DNA of 64,000 nucleotides from Pavona decussata (Eukaryota): NCBI GenBank assembly GCA_977016875.1, contig CDRNST010000198.1, positions 1,116,001 to 1,180,000 of the forward strand, read 5' to 3'. Shown piece by piece: positions 12,750 to 24,905 of this stretch (position 1 is its first letter; each line of letters starts with the position of its first letter). The notes under the pieces were generated by a model. It saw only the letters and a program-made list of their open reading frames with translations, ran no database searches and was not told where the DNA came from. The position numbers and the translations under genes were made by a program.

Positions 12750-13685
12750 AGGGGAACTTTGGGCTCAGCAGCATTTGGTTCCTAAACTTTGTGCTGGACA
12801 GCATTTGGTTCCTAAACTGTGGGCTCAGCCGCATTTGCCTCCTTAACTTTGTGATAAACGGCATTTGGTTCCTTATCTTTGGGTTCAACAGCATTTGGCT
12901 CCTTAACGTTGGGCTCAGCAGCATTTGGTTCCTTATCTTTATGCTCAGCCGCATTTGGCTCCTTAACTTTGTGCTGAACGGCATTTGGTTCCTTATCTTT
13001 AGGCTCAGCAGCATGTGGTTTCTAAACTTTGGGATCAGAGCATTTGGCTCCTTATCTTTGGGCTCAGCCTCATTTGGCTCCTTAACTTTGTGCTGAACGG
13101 CATTTGGTTCCTTTACTTTGGACTGAGCAGCACTTGGTTCCTTATCTTTGGGCTCAGCAGCATTTGGCTCCTTAACTTTGTGCTGAACGACATTTGCTTC
13201 CTTATCTTTGGGCTTTGCAGCATTTGCTTCCTTATCTTTTGACTGAGCAGCATTTGGTTCCTTATCTTTGGACTGAGCAGCATTTGGCACCTTAACTTTT
13301 GGCTCAGCAGCATTTGGATCCTTAACTTTGGAATTAGCAGCATTTGGTTCCTTATCTTTGGACTGAGCAGCATTTGGTTCCTTATCTTTGGACTGAGCAG
13401 CATTTGGCTCCTTAACTTTTGGCTCAGCAGCATTTGGATCCTTAACTTTGGGCTCTACAGTATTTGGCTCCTTAACTTTGGACTGAATAGCATTTGGTTC
13501 CTTATCTTTAGGGTCAGAAGCATTTGGCTCCTTACCTTTGTGCTGAACAGCATTTGATTCCTAATCTTTGGTGTCAGAAGTGTTTGGTTCCTAAACGTTA
13601 AGACCAGCAGTATTTGGTTCTTGATCTTTGGGCTGCTGTTCTCGGCAGCGTTTGCATTTGGTTCCTGAACTTTAATATCAGCAGC
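12750..13685. repeat. 30-bp minisatellite (gcatttggttccttatctttgggctcagca-like), roughly 30 copies
   Basis: Visible 30-bp periodicity; one minus frame reads as EPNAAEPKDK-like repeats. Confidence 0.95.
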
Positions 13686-14684
13686 ATTGTCGAGATTACT
13701 TGAGTGTCAAGTCAAGATTACTTGAGTGAAAAAGACAAGCTGCTTACGTATCAATTACTTCTGTCTTTAAAGGACCAGACATTTCTAAAGGAACGTCTAT
13801 CATGATCAGCTAGTCAACATAACAAGCTACAAAAACTAGCAACAATCAATGCAAGAACAACAAAAGCATTCATTCATTCCTCGCATGAAGTGTGCAGCTT
13901 TAAGAACTATATATGAACAACTTTGTATTGTAATCCTTTATGTGCAAATTATATTAATATTCAAAACTAAATGCCGGTACATATTTGGCCACAGTTTGTA
14001 AAATTAAATAAGCTCAGAGCCCCTATTAATTAAATTTCCAAAAATATGCGCCTTCAGTCGAATGAGCTCTTCCCTCGTTCGAATAAGCCGGCGCCTTTAT
14101 CTTCAATTCTTAAAGACGCGCCCTGGCTATTGAAAGTCCTTTAAAAGGTGAACAGAGTACAGATTCAATTTGTATTTGTTAGTTCAATTTTATATTTCGC
14201 GACGTAAATGCAGAGTATAAATTCATTTTTTCAGGAGCTCGATTTCTGGGGAATACCCCCTCTTAAGATTCACAGGGGTGTACTCACCCACACCCTTCTC
14301 CCCCCGGACAAGCGATTATCTGTTTAGCTTCGGTGGTGTGATGAGTCGCGAGATGAATAGCATGACCGAAAGAAATAAACGGCCTTAGATCAACCAGAGC
14401 GAAAGTAGTGCTTTACTTACATTTACATTTTAAATCTGAATATCCTCCATACTTTTATTATATGTATTGGCTGAGGGTTCTCTTTTGTCATGACTTGTGA
14501 GTTTTCACCGTCCTCAATCCGATTTAGACCAGAACCGAGCCCCCGCCCCTGCCACAGGAAATAAAAAATTAAGGTCACTCATTTCACAACGCGGGAAAAT
14601 TTCACTCATTATTACTGACTACGTCGTATCTAGCACCAGCGGTAAAGGCTACTTTAAAGCTCGAGAAAAGACAAAAACAACACC

Positions 14685-16915
14685 CGTTTAAAGCAAATTT
14701 TAACGCTGCTTTCCAATAATGGTGAGATGCACTACTGTAATCTTAGCGCTTGGGATAATCGCTGTCGTTTTTACGCCTTCAAACGCCTGGCGTCGTCGGA
14801 GGCGTAGACGTTGTTTAGTCAGGCATTGTACAGTTAGCAGTTGCTTGGACTGGTTGGAGCTCGTGTACGCGACCTTACGGAGGAGAACTGACCACTCGTA
14901 CGCGGCGAAAAACTGTATCGGAATCTTGTGGAGGGGGATGTGCTTATCACCTACGAGAAACGAGAAGATGAAATACAGACTGCTGCCCTGTGAACTGTGT
15001 ATACTCATGGAGTCCTTGGAGCAAGTGCTTGGGGTGTGGGATGTCAAGCCATTCTCGGACGCCAGTTATCCAAAGGCACAGTTCGTGTGGCGGAAAAGCC
15101 TGCCCTGCAAAACAGACCAAGGCTTGTAACACAAACGTGTGAGTATCATTGAGTTTGTCGGCTTGTTTGATATTAACGTTTTGTGTTGAAATCTTAATGT
15201 TACTGTTTAACATGTAAGTGGATGTGATATTTATTTTTTGAATGTGACAAACATTAAACGTTCCGAGCCGATCAAAGAGCAATATTACAGAAAAGAAGCG
15301 CAACTTGAGCACAATGTCTTTTATGAAACGAATTTTATCAACGGAGGAACGTGTTTCGTGTTGGTTTGTTGATGGGAGTTGTTGGCGATGATTTATGTGA
15401 GAGTTACCTGAATAGTTTGGGTGCTTCTATGTCAAACTTGAAGGCTTTTAATAAGGTTATACAAGTGTAGTTTAAGGTTACAGTCTTTCAGAGTCTTTCT
15501 TTGGCAATGGACGGAATTCTTCTTTTTTCCGATACAAATAATGCAATTTCTGCCGCTTGATATTTGAGTAAAATTTTGCGAGACGCGTATTAAGACGTAG
15601 TAAAGACCATTAACTATTGTTTACTGAGGACATGAGGACGGTGACAGTATCACGGTCTAGTTGATCCCAGAATGTTAGAATACATACTCCATGCGTGCGG
15701 TAACATACACAATGTGGTTTTCTTATCATCGACTGGAACGTGTACTCTCTGTTGACTCACTTCAACATTATTTTCTGAAATAATTTATGTATGTATAAAG
15801 TTTTTAGGTAAAGGACGTTCAGTTCCGATCAGCCTAAACCACAAAATTACAAAGTCTACAAAGCCTGTGCACAGGTGTGTTGGGCAATGTTGTTTGCACA
15901 ACTGCAAAGTTTTTGCACGAGGATAAAGTTTTGACGGTGATCGCCTGAACCTTCCTCCCAGGTCACTGTTTGAGGGATAAGGGAAGAAGGGAGGTGTGCT
16001 CCCTTACGCTATACAACGTAATGAGGGGCCACGATTTCAATGGAGTCTTAATATTCTGCCAAGTTTCGGTTTGACAAAGGTCCTCGCACATCGATGCACA
16101 CGTGCCAAAAGGAACTAAAAAGCAAATGAAAACAGCTCTATTTAAATCCTATTTATAGCCTGGATGGTTTGTTTACAATTGTGCCTGGTACAAATTGCGT
16201 CAGAAAGCCAATACCGGTGTACTAGTTCAAGTGCAGCGTCTGTACGTGAGTTGGGAGGGGTGTGGGGGGGGGGGGGGGGGGTTGGGGAGGAATGTAGGTT
16301 TCGAGGAGAGCAGGAAGTGAGCTTTTCCCCTTCAGGGGTGTCCACTGAGTGAATGTTCCCTGCATTGATTTAGCAACTTCTGCACGGCAAAGAAAGACGG
16401 TAAACAAATTCAAACCGCATGACCGGCTCTCATTACAGGCCATCGAGAAAACTCCTTTATCTGATTTTATTGAGACATGTAACTACGCTACCCTATAATA
16501 CAACGCCGACATTTTGTAGAAATTATTCTTCATCAACATGCACAACTAGCTAGTGCAACTATTGCATTTACAGTCGGCAAGCCTTGTGGGTGCGTTTAGC
16601 TGAACTTGTGACACTTCTGATCGGTAATGAGTCCCGGAATGTTTCAAGATGTTTATATGTAAGCTGGTAAGACATAACTCAAATTTTTCAATCAAAGTAG
16701 CGAGTGTTTGTAAAGGAAACATTGATTGGTTCATTTCGCTTTACCAGTTTAATGAGCCGTGAAGGATAGAGCGTAAGAAGATCGAGAATTCACTTAAGTG
16801 ATTAAAGAGGGTTTGAGTGCGAGGGGTTCACTCCACCAGAAAAAAAAATTCAAATACGATGGAGTGTTTTAAGCCTGGTGAATAAATGATAGAGGTATAT
16901 TTTTAGTCAGTGACA
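14685..16915 (+). repeat. Segmental duplicate of ~611-2055 plus 7490-~8020 (the copy 1 block without the LINE)
   Basis: Colinear near-identity through the gene and downstream flank, continuing across the LINE insertion point. Confidence 0.92.
14719..15142 (+). pseudogene. Poly-Arg / 2x TSR protein, copy 3, pseudogene
   Basis: Close paralog of copy 1 with a 4-bp insertion (cttg, ~14844-14847), Cys>Tyr (CCT TAC) and a Cys>TGA nonsense codon (aga aga tga aat, ~14969) in the TSR frame. Homology to the upstream region of copy 1 stops at ~14685. Confidence 0.9.
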
Positions 16916-18377
16916 CAGGTATACTCGGAAAAAGAAAATCTAGTCCCAGCATGGGTCAGAGGATCTACGATTACTAGTTTGGATGTTCTACCACTCGTGA
17001 GAGCAACAGTAAATCATTAAAGTTAGCTGTGTCAATGAGTGGCATATTGCATATTGAAAGAAATGTACGCGATGTTATGGTGAATAAATTATAGAGGATA
17101 TTTTTTAATTAAACATTGTTCCACTTGAAGCTAATTTCTATAATATTTGAAAAAAAATTGTTTAATGGCGTGACCTACCCCCTCTAATACCACAATTGTC
17201 TACAAAACGTTTACGGAAGATAAACAAGGGCCAAATTCAGGAGCCCCTTCTAAAGTATTCTAAGTATTGTTTGCTAAGAAAACTTAAACTTGGGAAATCG
17301 CAGAATTCACGCCGGCGTGTTTCAACATATCCTTAGGTAAGCATATTTTAAAATCGTTGATCACGTTTACAGTGAAGACTAAAGTCAGGTAACGTGGTTC
17401 CGTGGCTGGAATTCTTCTTATCAAAGCTACCAGGCAGTACGTTGCTTCAGTGCTGTTTAAATGTTGGACAAAGTGATTTCGAACTTTTGATTTTGTGGAG
17501 AAAGAGGTGGCGAAATTCAAGCGGAAGTAACTCACACGTAGTTCGATTAATCGGCCGATTTGGCCCGATATGTGAGCGGACGAAGATCGGCTCGATTTCT
17601 AAAATCTGTGACAGTGCGACAGATTTTTTGAATCAGGCCGATTGTCACGTACCCCGCGCCACACCAACAGGTAAAGAAATCGGCGACCAAATTGTAACGT
17701 ATAAATTTGCCCATGAGATTGAGTCTACTAATCACGTCAATAAATCGGTTCGTGTTAATTAATCTGTAGACTGCACAACGGGGCTCTAAGTTTTGAGTTA
17801 TAACCTCTTAAGGTGGAATGGCATTTCTTTATATATGCTTGACATAGAAATTTACATGAAATTCATCAAGAGTGATAGGAATGGCAGTTCTTTATAATGC
17901 TTGACTGAAAAGCTTACATTGTGACTCAAGGGTTATCAAATGTTTTTATTGCAATTGTACCTGACCTCTTTCGAAATCCTAAATGCCTCAAATTTATAAT
18001 CTGGAGATGAAAGGCCGTAGGGTATTTTAGTCTTCCAAAGCGCCTGATAAGACTTTCGTCACATTCTATTCTGACAAACGACTTTAAAATCGACTCGAGC
18101 CAAGTGTAACTGATTTCTGTGTAGTCGTATACATATCTGCTGTGAAAAACACACGAGATTAACACGTGTAGTGTATTTTCGTCATATTTTATTCCTTTCT
18201 CTTTCCATGGTAAAAACAAAACATTTCCACGTCCATCAGCTGTTAGCTTTGTTTTCCAATACGTTTAGGCTTGCATGCCAAATAACGTCACTTTAGAACG
18301 GGATCAAATTTAAAAAATCCATCAAGATTTTAGTGGTAAGCTGATCTTTTACTATTATGCGCTGCACTCCCGTCGCA

Positions 18378-18830
18378 ATGAAGAAACATTTTTGCGTTTT
18401 TCTCGTTCTTTTTGCTTGTTTGATTGTCCTGTTTGGTCCTATGGATTCGAGGGCTTGGCGTCGAAGGCGCAGAAGAAGGTGCCCTGTTCGTAATTGTATC
18501 CTCAGCGATTGGTACAACGTAGGAAGTTGTTCGCGACCCTGTGGAGGGGGAAGAATTCTTCAACGAAAATCAATCAAAAGCTACCCCAGCTGCGGTGGTA
18601 GAGGCTGTCCATCGTCTAACAGTCCGTCAAGAATGCGGTACGCGTGGTGTAACACGCACTGCTGTCGCGTTAATTGCGTGTGGACGTGGAGTGCCTGGGG
18701 TTCATGTTCGGGATCATGCGGGACGTCGACGCAAACACGAACGGTGAGAATTCAGCGAAATCCTAGCTGCGGCGGAACGGCATGCCCGAGGAAGCGAAGG
18801 GAGACGCAAAGCTGCAATACTGGCGTGTAA
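18378..18830 (+). CDS. Secreted cationic poly-Arg / 2x TSR protein, divergent copy 4, intact (150 aa, possibly a first exon only)
   Basis: MKKHFCVFLVLFACLIVLF...SRA|WRRRRRRR; CSRPCGGG; CCRVNC; WSAWGSCSGSCG; CGGTACP..CNTGV. Confidence 0.88.
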   Translation: MKKHFCVFLVLFACLIVLFGPMDSRAWRRRRRRRCPVRNCILSDWYNVGSCSRPCGGGRILQRKSIKSYPSCGGRGCPSSNSPSRMRYAWCNTHCCRVNCVWTWSAWGSCSGSCGTSTQTRTVRIQRNPSCGGTACPRKRRETQSCNTGV

Positions 18831-21529
18831 GTTGATAAACTTTGTTTTTCTTTTTGTTTTCAAGGGAGATATACCCGAGATTTTAGGGAGAGGTTTATTC
18901 AGTGCTCCAAAATTTGAGCAAGGAAATGGTTTCAGCTTACTTAGGGAAAACTGATGACGCAGAATAAAACTCAAAGTTATAAAGCCTCTAGAATACGGTT
19001 TGAGAGTCGCGCTTTACTGTCTTTCGGCAACAGTGACACGCGATGGAAATGTTTGCATCGGTCGTATGTTTTGATTTTAGACTCCGCCACTTTCTCAACC
19101 AATTAAAATGTGAAACCGGAACCTATTGTTTTTGTCTTTCGCATTTTCCCCGCGCTCTTGGTTCCTGGTACATATGTACTTGCTTTGAATTCTGTTTCGC
19201 GGGATTTTTTTTGTCTGATTTTCGATTCGGCCATAGAGAACTGTATGTTTAATGATACTCAACAGAAGCTCGCTCTGAAGACTCCAAGTCCACAGTCGCT
19301 TCCGTATCTCGAATATTTCCCTGTTTTTATCCTGGGATGGAGGTACACGAGTCAGCTTTTGCTGCGTATGTGCCGCTAGCAATCCCATAGACTCCATGTT
19401 TTCCACTATTTTGCGAATGTAAATGACACAATCCCAACTCGATAATTTTGTATTTACACATCTATTCCTTTTAACCAGCAGTCATTTCCAAGATTTACGC
19501 ATTTCACTCATTCAAGCTTTTTCAAGTCCTTTCAATTTTCATTGAGGCTCAGTGTCGTCTTGAAAATTTGTGACAGCATTCAAATATCAAATATCTTATT
19601 GTCTACTCTCCTCAGGGATTTTCAGGGTCAATTTACAACAAGACTACTTGTTGTAGTTACATAATATAATTACATTGTATCTACCAGCTAATGAAGCGTT
19701 GCGGCGCGTCGTAAAAAGTCTTAGCTCTCTGCGGGTTCCCTCTGCAAAATTGTTATGTTCCAAATTTAAAAGATAAAAAGAAGACACATTTCTTTGCCCT
19801 TTATCCTAGAACGACAAAGATACAGTACTACCGGTCAAACAACTGCACGAAAACTTAATAATCTGAAGGCTTTCTTTTTATAAGATGTTTATTTTTTGAT
19901 ATGAACCAGACGACATACTGGCATTGAATTACAGTATAAACGAGCGCACATGCCAGTTCGCCACGGTGTCAGCCACTCACAGCATGCAATGGTATAACTT
20001 ACTGGCTGTCGGAATGGGTGGCACGTCGAGTTTCTATCACACTTTCACAATTTCAACGCCGATTTACTTTGCTGATACAAATTATGTTCGACTGTGGCGA
20101 CGTTTTCTCTTCGGAGCTATCGCGCCCCCGCTGCACGCGGGGATCACGATCAACATATTAAGGAAAAAAAAATCGGAAGCTTGAACATAAGGCAAGATTA
20201 CCTTATTTACATTTGTGGGAGAGGGGGGTTAAACAGATTGTTTGTTGGTATCGTACTACTTCTCGTAGCACTTGCTCTAAATCAAACCGCAAGCCCCATC
20301 GATATGTTTTTTTTATTTTTAAAGCTTCAATTTTAAACTGCCGGGTCTATACCCTTTTCCTCACCTTGTTAATTACATCAGATTACATTAAATGCTATAA
20401 CCTCCACACAAAGGGTGTCTTGTTCTCAATATAAAGACTGTTTTTTTGTTCCAGTGGTTAGGCAGGTCTAAGTTAATGGCTTAAAAATATCTTTATTTTT
20501 CAATTTTATTATTACCTTTTTTTTTGGCCGTTACGGTGCAATTTGCTAATTAAATGATGCTGTCGTGTCTCGTGTTACACATGTCTATCTGTTCCACTGA
20601 AAGGAAATCTTACAGATTGAAGCAAAGTTAAACCAGAGGACGTAAACTTACCTTGTTTTTATTGATCTTTTCGGTGCATCTTCTTTCATCATATTTTATA
20701 TCAACCGGCCCCCCAAAAAATCATTGATTCGCCTTTTTTTTAAAATCGTGTTCATTCATCTCATAAAAGGGTCAGAATCCTTTTAAAAAATGTATCGACC
20801 TCCCTGTTAACTTGTTGTAGATTGCGGCCAAAAGTAATTGATCTTCCTTTTACAGACCAAGGTCGACGTACGCGGAGAGGCCCGGATCGGAAAGCTCATT
20901 GCAATAAATACTTTCGCGCAAATTGAATCAATTTTCAGGTTCATTGACGGGGTTCAGCTCTTTTGTAAACAACGTCTCAATGACGGAGTTTATATAACAG
21001 CGAATTTTGCAACAAACGCATTCTGTCTCAAAGACGAGACGGTACAAAGTTCTCGGTTAAGGGTGGCTTGCCCAATTCATGCATGTGTTTCATGTGTTTC
21101 CCAAGGTTGTCTTAATTTTGTCTTAATTCTAAATTTTGTCTTAAGCTTGTCTTAATTAAGGTTAAGCGTCTTACTGTTACACAATAGGTGTCTGTTTGTA
21201 TAACCCACATAGTCCATTTCGCATAGACCTCGTTTAAAGTAGTACACAAAGCAATGCTCGTTCACGATCTTCGGTTTTGGCTCGGTAGGTTTTAGATCAT
21301 TGTACCGATTTTCCTGCTTCTAAATTAAGGTTGAATCGAAAATGAAGATGTGTCTTCCGTAACAATGTAAACCTGTAAAGGGTAAGGGTGGGGGACAAGG
21401 CGAGCGGTATTAGATGGGGAATATTTACATAGTATCTGGTGGCACATTAACGCATAATAGGATTTTTAAAACTTGACCTTTTGCACTCAGGTATAGAGTA
21501 TCACTAACAGCAACAAACCAAATAGTTAA

Positions 21530-22900
21530 TTGTACATTTGTTGTTGTTACTCAAATTTTCCTTTCTGTCGTTTTTGCTTTTTAGCTGCTGAATGCAGATC
21601 TGCGATAAATGAAGAAAAAACCAAAGTACCATTTGTGACGGCTTACATGATAGCAAAAATCGTCATGAGAAGAAAACGATGACAAGAGACTGTAAATAGC
21701 TTGTTATTTTTGAGTAGCGTGTGATTTTGATTGTTTAAATAGTGGAGATAAGTTTTTGACAAATTTTATTAGAATTGTGTTTAGCTAAGGAATACTGTTG
21801 ACTCTCTATAAAATAGCGAATTATTTACCTGAACAGATTGTGTTAGTATTTTTTGCCGAGAAAAGTTTGTGCTGAGAAGCAATATTTTAGATTGAATCTT
21901 ATACTTTTGTTATTTTTTTTTTCTTTTCTGCTTACATACTGTAGATAATTAATAAGCAAACTGGTAGAGAAAGAGAAATTTGTCTCTGAAAAAATTCAAT
22001 ATAATAAGTGTGTAGATAAAATTCTTTCTTTACTACCCGCATACATTACTCATATGCCTCATTCTAAGAAACTGTTATTTTTTTCTCGATTTATAACAGC
22101 TTAATATTTGGTGATCAACGACATTTACTTCAGAAATTATAACTACTAGAGGATAAGAATAGTGAGAAAAGAAGCAAAAACCATAAAAAAGAAATTAATA
22201 TCCTAGATTTTAGCTGGAAGAATGAACTCTTAAACGTAAGAATTATTGTTTTGCCGGGAGTAATTGAAACATGGTTTCTCTGTATTTGTCTTAAATACAC
22301 TAGGAGAGCTGGAAATCACACAAAAATAGTAAAGAGAGCTTAGTGCTCCGATCACAAGTGGAGCTACGAATTAAGATTTATAACACTGCAGATGATGGTG
22401 AAGTTTCTTCCAATATTAGGCGCTCTAAGCTTTAGCTAGGTGTGTAATGTTAGTAGTTACCAACTAGCTGCTTGTTACCTAGTCACAAAAAAGCATCTCC
22501 ATCCACAAAGCTTAGTTTTAATTCTTCATTGTTGGAGAAACTGGATTCTAGTCCTCGAATACCGACTTAATAGGCCATCATGTCAGTTTGAAATAGCTTC
22601 CCTTTTCCTTAGTAAAGGGAAAATCGATTATCTGTACTCCTCAATTTTCCAGATTCTTACGACGAGTTACTGAATTCTTTATAAATATTATCGAGTCGAG
22701 ATTTCTAAAAACATGCACATGTAACTCGGTGCTTGTGGTTAAGGCGGAGCCCCAGAGAGCCAAATAATCCAGTTTCAACTGTAAATACCATACTACGTTT
22801 TGTTTTAGGATTAATAATAATTTGTGGCCCGATAAGAGAGAGTAACTAGAAGCTCAAGGCAGCCGTGTTCACTGGAATAAGTTTCACGCCTTCTCATTGA
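21530..22900 (+). repeat. Dispersed ~1.4-kb repeat; second copy at ~59250-62585 is interrupted by nested insertions
   Basis: Both copies start tgtacatttgttgttgttactcaaattt and stay colinear to ..ttctcattgaa. Confidence 0.88.
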
Positions 22901-23349
22901 ATGGCTATCTCAAATAAAGGTTTAAAATTTCAAAATTTCAATATTCTCCATTGTATTGCTGAGTTATTCCTCCAGAATTTTAAATATGTAAACCTGAAGT
23001 CCTTTTAGTTCTGACGATGAAATTCAAGTTTTGGGGTCTTTACCTCACTCTTTCTTACACGTATTCTACTCTTTTTACTCGCATTCGATCCAAATCTTTT
23101 TGCTTTTTTGTTATGACGAAAAACGAATTGACGTCAGGTTTTGATGTTTCAATGTCCTCATTGATTGTTGAAGTTTGTTGTAGATCCATGAACCGAAAGG
23201 GCGCATGCATCCACAACAATTTTTGACAATGTTCTGAAGCAATTTATCATCGATAAGGGGACAGATGCATAAATTAAAAGCCTTTCGCCTTGGGAGGGGG
23301 TACTTGTGTAAGCCGAGGCGTTTTTCTCAAAGGATTTACAGCATTCCCC

Positions 23350-23430
23350 TTCAGAGCAGAGTGGTCAGAGGAGAGGACCTGTAATCTACAGGTCCTGAGT
23401 TCGAATCCCTTCTCTGATCACTTCATGGAT
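23350..23430 (+). mobile_element. tRNA-derived SINE head (degenerate)
   Basis: A-box/B-box-like gagtggtcaga ... gagttcgaatccc; no complete cloverleaf. Confidence 0.45.
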
Positions 23431-23504
23431 TTGTTACGTTTTTCTTTTTTTCAACGAGGAAAACAACAACCCGAACGACCTTTCGATTTTTTTCGATTGC
23501 TCAT

Positions 23505-23640
23505 NNNNNNNNNNNNNNNNNNNNNNNNNNNNNNNNNNNNNNNNNNNNNNNNNNNNNNNNNNNNNNNNNNNNNNNNNNNNNNNNNNNNNNNNNNNNNNNN
23601 NNNNNNNNNNNNNNNNNNNNNNNNNNNNNNNNNNNNNNNN
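23505..23640. other. Assembly gap
   Basis: Run of N. Confidence 1.
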
Positions 23641-24161
23641 GCGTTTATTTCATTCCACAGGGAATAACCCAGCCGATATATGATTTTACATCGGTCTAAA
23701 CTGTGCGATAAATTCTTTTATTTGGACTAAGCAAATCTCGGTAAGGACTATAAATAAATTTGATAACAGCAGTGGAAAAATTTCCTGTGTGTGTTGGCAA
23801 TTGCCAGAACATGCTTTTTGTGTTGATTTTGGATATGCCCTTATGAACCGAATATTCAGGGATTATTTAAAAAAGTCATTTTATATGTCATCTTCGGTAG
23901 AAAACGTATCGATTACAATCGGACACCAACATTACCAAGGCTGTATTCTTAGAAAAATGAAAGAAATTTTAATTTCCAAAGGTCATAGCGTGTGCAATCA
24001 TTGTGAAGCACGAAAAGACAACAAATGACGAACTCGTCACATTCACGTTTTTGCAAAAGGCCATGGAAACTGCCTGCTAAGATGGTTAAATAAACTTCCG
24101 CTAAGATGGCGGATCTATCCTTGATTCTTTGGATTTTGAGAAGAGAGGATGTAAGATATTA

Positions 24162-24685
24162 AAGTGTGACCCTTCAAACTAAGCAGTACTTTCTTGTGGT
24201 GCTGTTTGTTATGTTATACAAGGTGGTTCTAACTTTTGAGTCTGTGGATGAAATCCTAAAATGTGACCGTTCAAATGAAAGCTACTGAGCAGTACTTTCC
24301 TGTGGTGCTGTTTCTTATGTTATACAAGGTGGTTCTAACTTTTGAGGCTGTGGATGAAATCCTAAAGTGTGACCGTTCAAATGAAAGCTACTGAGCAGTA
24401 CTTTCCTGTGGTGCTGTTTGTTATGTTATATAAGGTGGTTCTAACTTTTGAGGCTGTGGATGAAATCCTAAAGTATGACGGTTCAAATGAAAGCTACTGA
24501 GCAGTACTTTCCTGTGGTGCTGTTTGTTATGTTATACAAGGTGGTTCTAACGTTTGAGGCTGTGGATGAGATCCTAAAGTGTGACCGTTCAAATGAAAGC
24601 TACTGAGCAGTACTTTTCTGTGGTGCTGTTTATTAGGCTGTACAAGGTGTTTCTAACTTTTTGAGTCTGTGGATGAAATCGTAAG
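24162..24685. repeat. 106-bp tandem repeat, ~5 copies
   Basis: Unit tgaccgttcaaatgaaagctactgagcagtactttcctgtggtgctgttt...gtggatgaaatcctaaa recurs at ~24262, 24368, 24474 and 24580. Confidence 0.95.
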
Positions 24686-24905
24686 GTAATGATCCTTCTG
24701 ATAAAAGCAGATGTGTAATACTTTTATTTGGCACTAGTTGAAAAATGTTATTCTACTTTTTGCCCCTATTTTGGATAAAATCTTTCTTTTAAGTGTAAAT
24801 AGTTCAAATGAAAGTGCGGAACTAAGCCTCATTGGTATAGAACATTTGTGCTCAAGAAGGAATCAATGTTGTAAAAATTTACATATGTAGAAAAAAAGAA
24901 AATCC

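Noticed and set aside
24162-24685. Regularly spaced repeats resembling a CRISPR array (also 30140-30603 and 12750-13685)
   Set aside because: Whole units repeat head-to-tail with no unique spacers, there are no cas genes, and the context is eukaryotic.
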